This document shows positions 26,251-36,185 of a stretch of DNA of 64,000 nt, in pieces. Where the stretch lies: positions 119,294 through 183,293 of the forward strand of contig JAHFTW010000002.1 of the NCBI GenBank assembly GCA_023269235.1. The letters run 5' to 3'. Each line of letters begins with the position of its first letter. Positions within the stretch are counted from its first letter, which is position 1. The notes beneath the pieces were generated by a model. It ran no database searches, was not told the origin of the DNA, and worked only from the letters and a program-made list of their open reading frames with translations. This DNA is from Thermoplasmata archaeon. Lineage in GTDB: Archaea > Thermoplasmatota > E2 > JACPAO01 > JAHFTW01. Made by a program: the position numbers and the translations under genes.

Positions 26251-27426
26251 ATGACCCTTGGACCTGTTCAGGTTTCCCCTGTTGGCAAAGGCTATCCCCA
26301 GGCCAGCCGGTGGCGAAGCGTGCCCTTCACGCTCTCCGACGACGAGGCGCTCATGCGCGACACGGTGCGCCAGTTCGCGCGTCAATGGGGCCTCGAGAAG
26401 GCGGCCGACGCGGACCGCCACGACCGCTACCCCGTGCAGGCGATGGCGGACGCCGCGGCCCTCGGCCTCACCGGCCTCGCCGCGCGGGACGGCCCGGGAG
26501 CGACCGCGTACGTCCTTGCCCTCGACGAGGTCGCCCAGGTGGACCCGACGCTCGCCGCCTGCCTCGCCGCCCACAACGCAGCCCTCGCCGCAGCCTCCAC
26601 CGCGAACCACCCGGTCGCCGGCCCGCTCGCCGCCGGAGAGATTGGGGCCCTGCTCGTCGCCGAGGAGGCCGCGGGCTCGGATGCCCTCCACCCCGGCACC
26701 GCCCTCGCCGGCGACGCCGCGCTCACGGTGAGCGGCCAGAAGGTGTGGGGCATCAACGCCCTCGCCGCGCGCCACCTCCTTGTCCTCGCCAAGCACGGCA
26801 CAAGCCTGAGCCTGCTCGCCCTCCCCCGCGACGCAGTCGGCGTCAGCGTCGGCGCCAACGAGCCCCTCATGGGCCTGCGAGCCGCCGGCATCCGCACGGT
26901 CTATCTTTCCAAGGTCGCCGTCCCGCCTGCGGCCTTCGTCGGCGCGTCGGGCCAGGGCGCCGCGGCGGTCGCCGCGGGACGGGCTTGGCTCACGCTCGGG
27001 TCGGCGGCCGCGCTGTGCGGCGCGGTCGCCGGCGGCCTCGCCGCGGCGGCCACGTTCGCGCAGAACCGGGTCCAGTTCGGCGCCCCCATCGCCACCTACC
27101 AGGCCGTCTCTGACGGCCTCACCACGATGGATGTCCAGCTCGCCGCCGCGCGCGCCCTCGTGCTGCAGGCAGCCGCCCGCCTCAGCGAGCCCGACGGCGC
27201 CGTGTGGGCGGCGCGCGCCAAGGCGTTCGCCGCCGAGATGGCCATCCCGATGACGCGGCAGGCCATCCGTGTCCAGGGCGGCACGGGCTTCATGCGCGAG
27301 GGGGGCACCGAGCGCTTCGCCCGCGACGCGCGCGCCCTGCAGTTCGTGGGCGAGACCGTGCAGATCCAGCGCGACATCCTGAAGCGCGCCCTCCTGCCCG
27401 ACGTCGCGTTCGCGCCCGAGCCGTAG
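26251..27426 (+). CDS. Acyl-CoA dehydrogenase-family protein
   Basis: [17 protein letters not shown]-terminus ... C-terminal [24 protein letters not shown]. True start may be GTG at 26320. Confidence 0.75.
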   Translation: MTLGPVQVSPVGKGYPQASRWRSVPFTLSDDEALMRDTVRQFARQWGLEKAADADRHDRYPVQAMADAAALGLTGLAARDGPGATAYVLALDEVAQVDPTLAACLAAHNAALAAASTANHPVAGPLAAGEIGALLVAEEAAGSDALHPGTALAGDAALTVSGQKVWGINALAARHLLVLAKHGTSLSLLALPRDAVGVSVGANEPLMGLRAAGIRTVYLSKVAVPPAAFVGASGQGAAAVAAGRAWLTLGSAAALCGAVAGGLAAAATFAQNRVQFGAPIATYQAVSDGLTTMDVQLAAARALVLQAAARLSEPDGAVWAARAKAFAAEMAIPMTRQAIRVQGGTGFMREGGTERFARDARALQFVGETVQIQRDILKRALLPDVAFAPEP

Positions 27427-27471
27427 GGGCCTGGAGCATAGATTTAGGTACGCCAAACCGGTCGGCTTGGC

Positions 27472-27900
27472 GTGGACGGCGCGGTCTCCGACCAGATGCA
27501 GGAGTACCTGGAGACCATCTATCGTCTCGAGGCGGAGTCCGTCATCGCGCGCACCGGCGAGATCGCGCGCCACCTCAAGGTCGCACCGCCCTCCGTCACC
27601 GACATGATCCAGAAGCTCGAGAAGGCGGGCCTCGTCGAGTATGAGCCGTACAAGGGCGTCGTGCTGACCCCGGCGGGACGCGCCGTCGGCAAGAGGCAGC
27701 TCGAGAAACACCGCATCATGCAGGCGTTCCTGCAGGAGGTGTGCGGCATGGGCCACGACGAGGCGCACGAGGCCGCCTGCGACATGGAGCACACGCTTCC
27801 CGCGCAGCTGGAGCAGTGGTGCGCCGCCTTCCTCGCCAAAAAGATGGGCAAACCCTTCGACACGACGCGCAAGGTCAAGGAACAGATCGTGAGCCGGTAG
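27472..27900 (+). CDS. DtxR/MntR-family metal-dependent transcriptional repressor
   Basis: MQEYLETIYRL...IARTGEIARHLKVAPPSVTDMIQKLEKAGLV HTH. Metal-binding H/E/C residues in the dimerisation domain. Confidence 0.85.
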   Translation: MDGAVSDQMQEYLETIYRLEAESVIARTGEIARHLKVAPPSVTDMIQKLEKAGLVEYEPYKGVVLTPAGRAVGKRQLEKHRIMQAFLQEVCGMGHDEAHEAACDMEHTLPAQLEQWCAAFLAKKMGKPFDTTRKVKEQIVSR

Positions 27901-27954
27901 TGCCCTAGCTGCACCACCCCCACGTCTTCGTTCGACGCGCCTCGACCGCGTGGA

Positions 27955-28015
27955 TTTCGACTCGTCGAAAATCGTTAATACCCCTCGCCCGTCGCTGATT
28001 TCGAGGCCCCGAAAT
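27955..28015. promoter_or_regulatory. Putative metal-repressor operators and TATA box in the FTR1 promoter
   Basis: IR1 TTTCGAC-tc-GTCGAAA (27955-27970). TATA-like ttaata (27975-27980). IR2 ATTTCG-aggcccc-CGAAAT (27998-28015) overlapping the ATG. Both IRs share a GATTTCGA core. Confidence 0.45.
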
Positions 28016-28877
28016 GGCGTTCCTGGACACCACCCTCGTCTCCCTGCGCGAATCGCTCGAGGCGTTCTTGCTTGTCGGCATCCTCAGCGGCCTCGTCGTC
28101 AAGCTCGGCCATCCCAAGGCGCGCGCGCCCATCCTGTGGGGCGCCCTCGCCGGCCTGCTTGCCGCGACCTTGCTTGGCATCCTCGCCAACGGCGTGGCCG
28201 CCGAGCTGTACGGCAACAACGCCGCGCTCTTCGAGGGCCTCGCGAGCCTGCTTGCCGTGGGCATCCTGAGCTACATGGTCGTCTGGATGTACAAGCACAC
28301 GCGCACCATGATGGGCACGCTGCACACCAAGGCCAAGGAGGCGCTTGGGGCCGGCCGCCCCGCGCTCCTCTTCGGCCTCGCCTTCGTCGCCGTCGTGCGC
28401 GAGGGCATCGAGACTGTCCTCTTCATCGCCGGCAAACTCCCCGAGGACGGCGCCGGCCCCACCAGCCTCGCGGTCCTCGTCGGCGTCGCCCTCTCCGCGC
28501 TCCTCGCCTTCGCGCTCTTCGCCGGCGTCGTGAAGCTGAACGTCCAGGGCTTCTTCGCGGTCACGGGCGCCCTCCTCGTCGTCGTCGGCGCCGGCCTCAT
28601 GATCACCGTCGTCCACGAGCTCTCCGAGCCCAAGGACGAGGGCGGACCCGGATGGTTCCCAGAGACCCCCGTCGCCTTCGACCTCTCCGGCTCCCTGCCC
28701 ACCGAGTGCGCTGCGACCACGGGCGCGGCTTGCACCACCGGCGGCATCCTGCATGCGGCCTTCGGCTACCGCGCCGACTTGCGCTGGGCCGAGCTCGCCG
28801 CGTGGGCCGCCTACCTCGGGGCCTTCGGCGTCGGCTACGGCCTCTCCCGCCGCGCCCCGGCCTCTCCCGCCGCCTGA
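28014..28877 (+). CDS. FTR1/EfeU-family high-affinity iron permease
   Basis: Two RExxE motifs (RESLEAF, REGIETV). Seven TM helices. Confidence 0.85.
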   Translation: MAFLDTTLVSLRESLEAFLLVGILSGLVVKLGHPKARAPILWGALAGLLAATLLGILANGVAAELYGNNAALFEGLASLLAVGILSYMVVWMYKHTRTMMGTLHTKAKEALGAGRPALLFGLAFVAVVREGIETVLFIAGKLPEDGAGPTSLAVLVGVALSALLAFALFAGVVKLNVQGFFAVTGALLVVVGAGLMITVVHELSEPKDEGGPGWFPETPVAFDLSGSLPTECAATTGAACTTGGILHAAFGYRADLRWAELAAWAAYLGAFGVGYGLSRRAPASPAA

Positions 28878-28979
28878 GCCGGGTTTAAGTAGCGGAAAGG
28901 GTCACGACGAATTGCTCCCGAAGCCCCACATGGTGAACTGAGCCCGCCGCGAGGCAGGCTCGGAATACCGGGAGCAGAG

Positions 28980-29393
28980 TTGACACCCATGGCGAACTTC
29001 AAACTGGTCATCAACGACCCCAGCACCGGCAAGTCCTACAACTTCGAGGTCACCGGCCACCACGCGCAGAGCTTCCTCAGCAAGAAGATCGGCGACCAGA
29101 TCGACGGCATCAACGCGAACCTGCCCGGCTACAAGCTGCAGATCACGGGCGGCTCCGACAAGGCCGGCTTCCCGATGCGCGCCGACTTCGAGGGCTCCGC
29201 CCGCCGCCGCCTGCTCCTCACCGAGGGCACCGGCTACCACCCGAAGGACTACCCCGGCAAGCGCAAGCGCGTCTCTGTGCGCGGCAACCGCGTCAGCAAC
29301 GACATCCTCCAAGTCAACCTCAAGGTCGCCAAGGCCGGCTCGAAGCCCGTCGGCGACCACTTCTCCGCCCTGCCCGCGCAGGACAAGAAGTAA
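28980..29393 (+). CDS. rps6e: 30S ribosomal protein S6e
   Basis: MANFKLVINDPSTGKSYNFEV ... GFPMRAD. Start possibly at the MANFK codon (28989). Confidence 0.85.
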   Translation: MTPMANFKLVINDPSTGKSYNFEVTGHHAQSFLSKKIGDQIDGINANLPGYKLQITGGSDKAGFPMRADFEGSARRRLLLTEGTGYHPKDYPGKRKRVSVRGNRVSNDILQVNLKVAKAGSKPVGDHFSALPAQDKK

Positions 29394-29435
29394 GACGAGG
29401 GAAACCTCCATCACGCCCCTGGACTCTAAAGGCGC

Positions 29436-30275
29436 GTGAGCGGTTCAGCCCTTGCCCTGTTCGTCCTGATGGTGGCCGTCGGCCTAGCGGGCTGCGCCTC
29501 CAACCATAGCCTGCCGTCCGCGACCCACTCGTCCACGACGTCGGTCCCAACCCCGGGCGTTCAACCGGTAAGCGTCATGGGTCCCGTGCTTGGGCCATCG
29601 TTCGAGCTCAGCGATTGCCGCAACCGGGGCGGCTCCTTCAGCGTCCCACGCAGCAACCTCGACGGCATCCTGCCCGAAGGCTTCGAGGCAGTCGCTTCCA
29701 CCGATCCGACGGCCCCACCGGACAGCGTCGTCGTGTACGCCATCGCGGTGTCGTGCGCCGCGTTCCGCGTGAACGGCACCGAGGGAAAGGCCGTCGAATT
29801 GGCGTACGCAGAGGTCGCGGTGACGCCGTCGACGAAGGAGTCGGTGCCTGGCATCACGGACTGCACGATGCCGCTCTTCTTCGTCGCGACCGACGAGGCC
29901 CTTGGCGCCGCCCTGCACGCGCACGGTCTTGGATTGGCCGGGACCGGGACCCTTGGAACGACGGCCATCGAGACTTCCCCAGGGGCCCGCACGGACTCCT
30001 ACACCCTCGGCGACGGGTCGTTGCAGTTCATCTTCGGAGAAACCACGCCGGACACGCTGGGCGTGACGGGCGGGGACTTCATGCTCTACGGAGTCCAAGG
30101 CGGCCACGTGGTGTCGCGCTTGCAGGGGACCTCCGAGGGCGGAACGGCCCACTACGCTTCCGCGATGGTCCAGTCGACTGGAGTGCCCGGCCTCACGGGG
30201 TTCCGGGATGCCGCCCTTGGGTTCGGCGCCTCTGGCTTCTCCCTTCACTTCCGACCCCTCGCGCCCGCGCCCTGA
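29436..30275 (+). CDS. Secreted lipoprotein of unknown function (lipobox LAGC). Paralog of 2181..3041.
   Basis: MSGSALALFVLMVAVGLAGC signal peptide. Conserved blocks shared with the 2181 protein (DC...LPxGF/Y...D, VVxxxxxxCA, VxVxP). Confidence 0.6.
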   Translation: MSGSALALFVLMVAVGLAGCASNHSLPSATHSSTTSVPTPGVQPVSVMGPVLGPSFELSDCRNRGGSFSVPRSNLDGILPEGFEAVASTDPTAPPDSVVVYAIAVSCAAFRVNGTEGKAVELAYAEVAVTPSTKESVPGITDCTMPLFFVATDEALGAALHAHGLGLAGTGTLGTTAIETSPGARTDSYTLGDGSLQFIFGETTPDTLGVTGGDFMLYGVQGGHVVSRLQGTSEGGTAHYASAMVQSTGVPGLTGFRDAALGFGASGFSLHFRPLAPAP

Positions 30276-30300
30276 AATCCCCGCCCGCCCTGCCGGCACC

Positions 30301-30705
30301 ATGGCCCTGCCGCCCGCCGCCGAGGTCATCCAGGCGACTCTTGCCCCCGCGTTTCTCATCTCGGGCACGAGCGTGTTCCTGAACTTCAGCCAGCAGCGCC
30401 TGTTCCGCGTCGTGGACCGGGCCCGCGCCATCGCCAAAACGGAGGGGCACGACCCCGAGGACCTGCGCCGGCAGCAGAAACGGGCCCGCATCCTGCGCAA
30501 CGGCATCGCGTTCGGCGTCCTCACCGTGGCGTTCACCGTCGCGACGGCCATCCTCGTCATGGCGAGCGAGCTCCTCGTCATCGAACGCTTCGCGAGCTGG
30601 GCGCCCTACTGCTTCGCGCTCGCGCTGCTCTCGCTCTTCGCGGCGCTCGTCTTCATCTTCGCGGACACCGTCATCTCTGTGGCCTCCGTCGAGCAGGCGC
30701 GCTAA
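30301..30705 (+). CDS. Small two-TM membrane protein (DUF2721-like)
   Basis: Start MALPPAAEV chosen within ORF 30208..30705. Two long hydrophobic helices separated by a basic loop. Confidence 0.4.
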   Translation: MALPPAAEVIQATLAPAFLISGTSVFLNFSQQRLFRVVDRARAIAKTEGHDPEDLRRQQKRARILRNGIAFGVLTVAFTVATAILVMASELLVIERFASWAPYCFALALLSLFAALVFIFADTVISVASVEQAR

Positions 30706-30729
30706 GCGCCCGGTGGCCGCAAACCCCAT

Positions 30730-32184
30730 GTGCCAGGGCCCTTGCTTCGGTGCGTGCGCGTCACGGCCTTCGCCCTGCTGAGCCTCGTCCTGTTCGTCGC
30801 CGGTTGCGCCTTGCCCGCGACCACCACGACGGGAACGTCCTCCCTCCCGGTTGCCGCGCCGCCGCGCTTCGCCGACGCCGTGGGGATGCCCGACGTTGGC
30901 GGCGGCGAGCCAAACCTCGCCATCCTCCCCGACGGGACGCTGTTCGTCACTTCCCCCGCCGGCGCCGCGCAGAAGCCGAACGTGCGCGAGGGCTCCGCGT
31001 TCCTGTGGCGCTCCAGCGACGGCGGGAAGACCTGGCAGACCCTGCGCAGCCCCGACGTCGTCCCGACTCCGGTCGAGGGCCAGCGCGTCCCCGGCGCCTT
31101 CTGCTCCTGCGACGCCGACGTCACCACCAGCAGCGACGGCTGGGTGTACTACGCCGACTGGTGGATCGCCGGCCTCGTCGGCCCCGGCAACTACATCGTC
31201 GAGGCCTCGCACGACAAGGGCGCGACCTGGACCTCCGCCTCCGTGACCATCCCGGAGAACCTTGTCGCCTCCGTGGACCGCGAATGGCTTGTCGCCGGCT
31301 CCGACGGCTTCCTCGGCCTGTTCTACTCCTTCTTCGGCCCCACGGCGGTCGGAGGCCTTCCCGTCCCCGCCTTCGGGCTGGACCGCCCCGGGCAGGCCAT
31401 CGAGGCCGTGTTCAGCCACGACCATGGCGCAACCTGGAGCAATCCCACCGCGGTCGTCGCCGCGAACGGCGACAGCCTGCAGATCGGCCATCCGTTCATG
31501 GCGCCCAACGGCACGCTGATGATGGCGTACGGCCGCGTCCACTCCCCGCCCTCCGGGACGTTCTGGTACGACCCCTCCGAGGTGGACCTCGCCTACTCCA
31601 CGGACAAGGGAACGACATGGAAGAGCATGAAGCTCGCCGACGTCCCGCTTGGGTTCGACAACCTGTGGGCCGTGCAGGGCGCCGTGGACGCGAGCACCGG
31701 CCAGTCCACCGTCGTCTGGGCGGGCCGTCTCGACGATGTCGCCGACGGCAAGGCGGGCAAGGAGTCCCGCATGGGCCTCTGGGTCAAGCAGTTCGGCCCG
31801 CAAGGCGACTTCGACCCCGTCCTGGTGCGCGGCGACGGACAGAATTTCCTTCCGTGGGCGACGGCGCGCGACGGCCGCGCCGCGGTTGGTTGGTACGGCG
31901 GCGACGCCCGGGGCCACATGATGGAGGCGCCCGCCGGCGCAAACTGGTTCGCCTACGCCGCGGTGGCGGAGGACGGCCACTTCACGAACCGCACCGCCTC
32001 CGTGCCCGTCGTCGAGGAGCCGGTCAAGGTCGGCCCCATCTGCCCGAAGGGGTCCGCCTGCAACGGGAACCGCGAACTCTTGGACTACGTCAGCCTCGTC
32101 CTCGACGGGGCGGGCAAGGTGCACTACGCCTACACCCGCTCGGAGCAGGGCAACCCGCACGTCGCCGTCGTCGGCCAAGAATGA
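30730..32184 (+). CDS. Secreted BNR/Asp-box repeat protein (sialidase/glycosyl-hydrolase-like beta-propeller), lipoprotein
   Basis: Lipobox LFVAGC. Four Asp-box motifs SxDxGxTW (SSDGGKTW, SHDKGATW, SHDHGATW, STDKGTTW). Confidence 0.8.
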   Translation: MPGPLLRCVRVTAFALLSLVLFVAGCALPATTTTGTSSLPVAAPPRFADAVGMPDVGGGEPNLAILPDGTLFVTSPAGAAQKPNVREGSAFLWRSSDGGKTWQTLRSPDVVPTPVEGQRVPGAFCSCDADVTTSSDGWVYYADWWIAGLVGPGNYIVEASHDKGATWTSASVTIPENLVASVDREWLVAGSDGFLGLFYSFFGPTAVGGLPVPAFGLDRPGQAIEAVFSHDHGATWSNPTAVVAANGDSLQIGHPFMAPNGTLMMAYGRVHSPPSGTFWYDPSEVDLAYSTDKGTTWKSMKLADVPLGFDNLWAVQGAVDASTGQSTVVWAGRLDDVADGKAGKESRMGLWVKQFGPQGDFDPVLVRGDGQNFLPWATARDGRAAVGWYGGDARGHMMEAPAGANWFAYAAVAEDGHFTNRTASVPVVEEPVKVGPICPKGSACNGNRELLDYVSLVLDGAGKVHYAYTRSEQGNPHVAVVGQE

Positions 32185-32191
32185 TCGCGCG

Positions 32192-32656
32192 CTAGCCGAG
32201 CTCGGCGACGACTTCCACTTCGAAGGGGACGTTGAGCGGCAGGCCCGGGGCGCCGACGGCGCTGCGGGCGTGCATCGTCCCGAAGGCGAGCATGAAGAGC
32301 TCCGAGGCGCCGTTGGCGACCAGGTGCATGTCGGTGAAGCCGGGCGCGCTCGCCACGAAGTTCATCGTGCGCAGGATGCGGACCTGGTCGAGCGTCTTGC
32401 CGTTGGCCTCCGCCGCGGCCTTGAGGGCGGCGATGACGTTCAGGGCCGCGACCTCGGCCACTTTCTTGGCCTGCTCGAGGGTGTGGTCTTTGCCGACGAG
32501 GCCGGTGGCGACCGGCTTGCCGTCGCGGCTTGGAATCTGGCCCGCCGTGAAGATGAGCTTGCCGTGCTGCGTCCAGTGGATGTAGGCGGCGGCCGGCTTC
32601 GGGCTGGGCGGCACGGTGTGTCCGGCGGCGGCGAGGCGGGCTTCGACCTGGCTCAT
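32192..32656 (-). CDS. RidA/YjgF/TdcF-family protein (reactive-intermediate deaminase-like)
   Basis: PAAAYIHWTQHGKLIFTAGQIP ... C-terminal EVEVVAELG. Start taken at MSQVEARL. An upstream M (32683) is possible. Confidence 0.75.
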   Translation of the reverse strand: MSQVEARLAAAGHTVPPSPKPAAAYIHWTQHGKLIFTAGQIPSRDGKPVATGLVGKDHTLEQAKKVAEVAALNVIAALKAAAEANGKTLDQVRILRTMNFVASAPGFTDMHLVANGASELFMLAFGTMHARSAVGAPGLPLNVPFEVEVVAELG

Positions 32657-32714
32657 GCCTGCCGCACCCAGACACCCGCTCATGAAGGCACCTGCTGCGA
32701 CGAGGGCTGCAGAC

Positions 32715-33194
32715 CTACTCGTGCAGGCCGAGCCAGCCGAACACGGTCGCCGGAAGCCAGAGCGCCGTGTTGACCCACATGAACGGCGGCACGTCGCCCA
32801 GGCCAAAGTCCGAGCCGGCCGCAACGTAGGCGCGCAGGATAAGAAGCCAGAATGGAAGGACGACGGCGCCGGCGGCCGCGAGAGTCCAAAACGCCCAGGG
32901 CGCTTTCGAGGGGAGGGCGAACCACGCCACGGCGGCGACCAGGAGGCCGCCGGCGACGAGAAGCCCGGCCACGGCGGTGAGCAGGAGGTTGCGCAGGGTG
33001 TGCAGCGCGGGGTCGCGCGCCATCAGGTCCGCCGGTGCGCCCCCAAACGTGGCGTTGTCGGCGCGGGCCGTGAAAAAGAGGCCGCCCGTTCCCAGCTTGG
33101 CGTCCAACGCGAAGGGGGTGAGCGTGCCAATCAGGAACCAGAAGGCGCCGAACAGCACGAAGAGGACGCGGGACAGCGCCAACAGGTTGGCCAT
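32715..33194 (-). CDS. Hypothetical integral membrane protein
   Basis: 159 aa with four hydrophobic helices. Confidence 0.4.
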   Translation of the reverse strand: MANLLALSRVLFVLFGAFWFLIGTLTPFALDAKLGTGGLFFTARADNATFGGAPADLMARDPALHTLRNLLLTAVAGLLVAGGLLVAAVAWFALPSKAPWAFWTLAAAGAVVLPFWLLILRAYVAAGSDFGLGDVPPFMWVNTALWLPATVFGWLGLHE

Positions 33195-33204
33195 GCCGCC
33201 ACCG

Positions 33205-33693
33205 TTATCCCGATTTGGACGTCGCTTGGCTGGTCTTGACCGCCCGCACGACCACCCAGGTGACGTAGGCGGTGGCCGCGATGAGCGTCACATGGAAGGC
33301 GTAGTCAATGACGAGCAAGCCATCGAGGTTCATGCCGTTGGTCTTGTGCACCGAGTCGTGCACCCACCAGTTGGCAAGCAACCAAAAGATGCACGCCGAG
33401 AACAGCGCCCCAGAACCGACGCGTGCCTGCGCGCTGCGGCGGCCGAAGGCGAGGTAGCTCACGGCGAGCCCGAACGCCAAGGCTTCGACGATGGCGAGGA
33501 CGATGAACAACGGAATCTGGACGCTCGTCGGCTCGGGGGACGCGTCCGGATTCTTGAACGGCCACGCCGACGTCCAGAGGCCCGCGCCCACCGGGGACCC
33601 GGCGGCGAGGACGAAGGCGGGGAGGGCGGCGACAAGCGTGGTGAGGATGACCTTGGTCTTGGTGTTCATGCGGAACTCCAGCCCAGAACGCAA
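33205..33693 (-). CDS. Hypothetical integral membrane protein
   Basis: 162 aa with four hydrophobic helices. Tandem with the previous gene. Confidence 0.4.
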   Translation of the reverse strand: MRSGLEFRMNTKTKVILTTLVAALPAFVLAAGSPVGAGLWTSAWPFKNPDASPEPTSVQIPLFIVLAIVEALAFGLAVSYLAFGRRSAQARVGSGALFSACIFWLLANWWVHDSVHKTNGMNLDGLLVIDYAFHVTLIAATAYVTWVVVRAVKTSQATSKSG

Positions 33694-33767
33694 CTCCCCG
33701 GGTTTGAGGGTGCCGGCGCCACCGGGGGCGGCTAAGGCGTTTTCAACCCCCCTCCCGTCGCGAGCGC

Positions 33768-34532
33768 ATGGTGAAGATTGCGGTCCTCGTCAAGATGGCG
33801 CCCGACGTGACGCAGCTCAAGATCGACCCCACGACGCTCGCGCCCCGCATGGAGGGCCTGCCATGGAAGGTCAGCGACTTCGACAAGAACGCCATCGAGG
33901 CCGCCGTCAAGCTGAAGGAGAAGGGCCAGGCCACCAAGATCACGGCCTACACGTTCAACGGCGGCCCCAACGCCCTCAACCTCATCAAGGAGCCCCTCGC
34001 GATGGGCTGCGACGAAGCGGTCGTGCTCACCGGCCCCGACACGGACGGCTCCGGCATCGCGCGTGTCCTCGCCGAGGCCATCAAGAAGGACGGCGCGGAC
34101 CTTGTCTTCGCGGGCGAGATGAGCATTGACCGCATCGCCGGTGAGGTCGGCCCCCGCGTCGCGGCCCTGCTCGGGATGCCAAGCCTCGTCAACACCCAAG
34201 AGGTCCTCGGCGTCGAGGGCGGCAAGCTGAAGGCCACACGCGACGGCGAACCCGCCGAGACCGTCGAGGTCGCGCTCCCTTGCGCCGCCACGTTCAACGA
34301 CGAGGCGAACAAACCCCGTCTCCCCGCCCTCATGCAGATTCTTGGCGCCGGCAAGAAGCCCATCCGCCAGGTCAAGACCAGCGACCTTGGCATCGCCGAC
34401 GCAACCCTTGCTCGCAAGATGGCGATGACGGGCAACAAGGCGCCCAAGCAGGAGCGCAAGAACATCCTCTTCACCGGCACGGACGCCGCTGAGCAGCTTG
34501 CCGCGGCCCTCAAGAAGGAGGGCGTTGCATGA
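33768..34532 (+). CDS. etfB: Electron transfer flavoprotein beta subunit
   Basis: MVKIAVLVKMAPDV ... AAVKLKEKG ... canonical EtfB. Confidence 0.9.
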   Translation: MVKIAVLVKMAPDVTQLKIDPTTLAPRMEGLPWKVSDFDKNAIEAAVKLKEKGQATKITAYTFNGGPNALNLIKEPLAMGCDEAVVLTGPDTDGSGIARVLAEAIKKDGADLVFAGEMSIDRIAGEVGPRVAALLGMPSLVNTQEVLGVEGGKLKATRDGEPAETVEVALPCAATFNDEANKPRLPALMQILGAGKKPIRQVKTSDLGIADATLARKMAMTGNKAPKQERKNILFTGTDAAEQLAAALKKEGVA

Positions 34533-35371
34533 CGACCGTCCTCGTCTATTCGGACGACGCCAAGCTCCAAGCCGAGCTCGCCGGCAAGGCCGCCACCCTT
34601 GGCACCGCACAGGCGTTCGACCCCGCTGGCCTCCCGGACACCGACTCCGCGACGCTCGCCCTCGGCCTTGCCGCAGCCGCCAAATCCTCCGGCGCCGCGC
34701 TCGTGATGGTCGGCGCCACGAAGAAGGGCAAGGACATCGGTCCTCGCCTCGCAGCTCACCTCGACTGGCCGTACGCCTCGGAGGTGCAGTCCATTGTCAA
34801 CGCGGGTGGCTGGACCGTCGAGCGCATGGTGCTCTCCGGCAACTCGAAGGCGACCTACACGATGGGCGCCAACGCCGTGTGCACTGCGACGCCCAAGACC
34901 TTCGAGGCGGGCCAAGCGTCCGGCAAGGCGAGCGCGTCGGGAACCCCTGCCAGCCCGGTCAAGGTCGTCGCCAAGAAGGAGGAAAAGCACAGCAGCTTCG
35001 ACCTCGGCTCCGCCCCCGTCGTCGTCGGCGTCGGCCGCGGCTTCAAGCAGCAAGCGGACCTCAAGCTCGCCGAGGATCTCGCGAAGGCCTTCCCCGGCGG
35101 CGCCGTCGGCTGCAGCCGTCCCATCGCGGCCGACCTGAAGTGGCTCGGCGAAGAGCACTGGATTGGCCTGAGCGGCCACCAGATCAAGCCGAAGGCGTAC
35201 ATCGCGTGCGGCGTGTCGGGCCAGATCCAGCACATCGCCGGCATCCGCGGCTCGAAGCTCATCATCGCCATCAACACGAACAAGGACGCGCCCATTTTCC
35301 AGATCGCGGACTACGGCGTCGTGGGCGACCTGTACCAGGTCATCCCGAAGCTCGTCGCGGCGCTGAAGTAG
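34529..35371 (+). CDS. etfA: Electron transfer flavoprotein alpha subunit
   Basis: FAD-binding C-terminal IACGVSGQIQHIAGIRGSKLIIAINTNKDAPIF. 4-nt overlap with etfB. Confidence 0.9.
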   Translation: MTTVLVYSDDAKLQAELAGKAATLGTAQAFDPAGLPDTDSATLALGLAAAAKSSGAALVMVGATKKGKDIGPRLAAHLDWPYASEVQSIVNAGGWTVERMVLSGNSKATYTMGANAVCTATPKTFEAGQASGKASASGTPASPVKVVAKKEEKHSSFDLGSAPVVVGVGRGFKQQADLKLAEDLAKAFPGGAVGCSRPIAADLKWLGEEHWIGLSGHQIKPKAYIACGVSGQIQHIAGIRGSKLIIAINTNKDAPIFQIADYGVVGDLYQVIPKLVAALK

Positions 35372-35415
35372 CCCCACGCACAAACGCTAAGTCGCAGGGA
35401 CGGGAGTCCACCCCC

Positions 35416-36153
35416 ATGCGTTCTTGGCTCGTGGCGGCCCTCGTCATCGCGGTCGCGTTGCCTGGCTGCCTCAACGGGGTCTTCAGCGGCGGCGTGGGCC
35501 CGCGAGACTACCTGTCCAGCTCGACGTACCGCAAGCTGGTCGTGGAAATCGACTACGCGACCGGCCACAAGCCCGCGGACGAGCTCCTGAATTTCCTGAA
35601 GGGACGCTTGCAAGGCGTCGTGGACAAGCCCGACGGCGTGGAGTTCCAGGTCGGGGAATCCCTCACGGACGCCGGCCGAACGTGGAGCGATGGAGACCTG
35701 CAGTCGTATGCGGCGGACCACGCCTCGCTCAAGACCGAAGGGACCACGGTCGTGATGCACGTCCTGTTTGTCGCAGGGCATTCCGCGAAAGACGACGGCG
35801 ACTCCAAAGTGCTCGGCATCACGTTCGGGGCCGGCCCGATTGCCATCTTCAGCGAGCAAGTCGACGGCCTGTGCAACAGCGCGCTCATCCCAGGGACCTG
35901 CAGCACCACCCCGTTCTACCACAGCGTCGTCCTGCACGAGATGGGCCACGCGCTCGGCCTGGTCGCCCATGGCATCCCGATGGTCCAGCCGCATGAGGAC
36001 AGCGGCCACTCCGGGCACTCGTCGAACAGCAAGTCCGTCATGTACTGGGCCGTGGACAGCTCGAGCGCGTTCCTCCAGCTCCTGGGCAACAACCCCCCTA
36101 GCGACTTCGACGGCGACGACCGGGCGGACATGCACGCGGCGGGCGGGAAGTAG
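35416..36153 (+). CDS. Secreted zinc metalloprotease-like lipoprotein (HExxH metzincin-like)
   Basis: Lipobox ALPGC. HEMGHALGLVAHG zinc-binding motif. Confidence 0.6.
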   Translation: MRSWLVAALVIAVALPGCLNGVFSGGVGPRDYLSSSTYRKLVVEIDYATGHKPADELLNFLKGRLQGVVDKPDGVEFQVGESLTDAGRTWSDGDLQSYAADHASLKTEGTTVVMHVLFVAGHSAKDDGDSKVLGITFGAGPIAIFSEQVDGLCNSALIPGTCSTTPFYHSVVLHEMGHALGLVAHGIPMVQPHEDSGHSGHSSNSKSVMYWAVDSSSAFLQLLGNNPPSDFDGDDRADMHAAGGK

Positions 36154-36185
36154 GCCCTTAAGCCCTCCAGGGGCCTCGCGCCCTC

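Noticed and set aside
30193-32178. 661-aa minus ORF antisense to the BNR-repeat protein
   Set aside because: Antisense to a gene with four perfect Asp-box motifs. Translation is low complexity.
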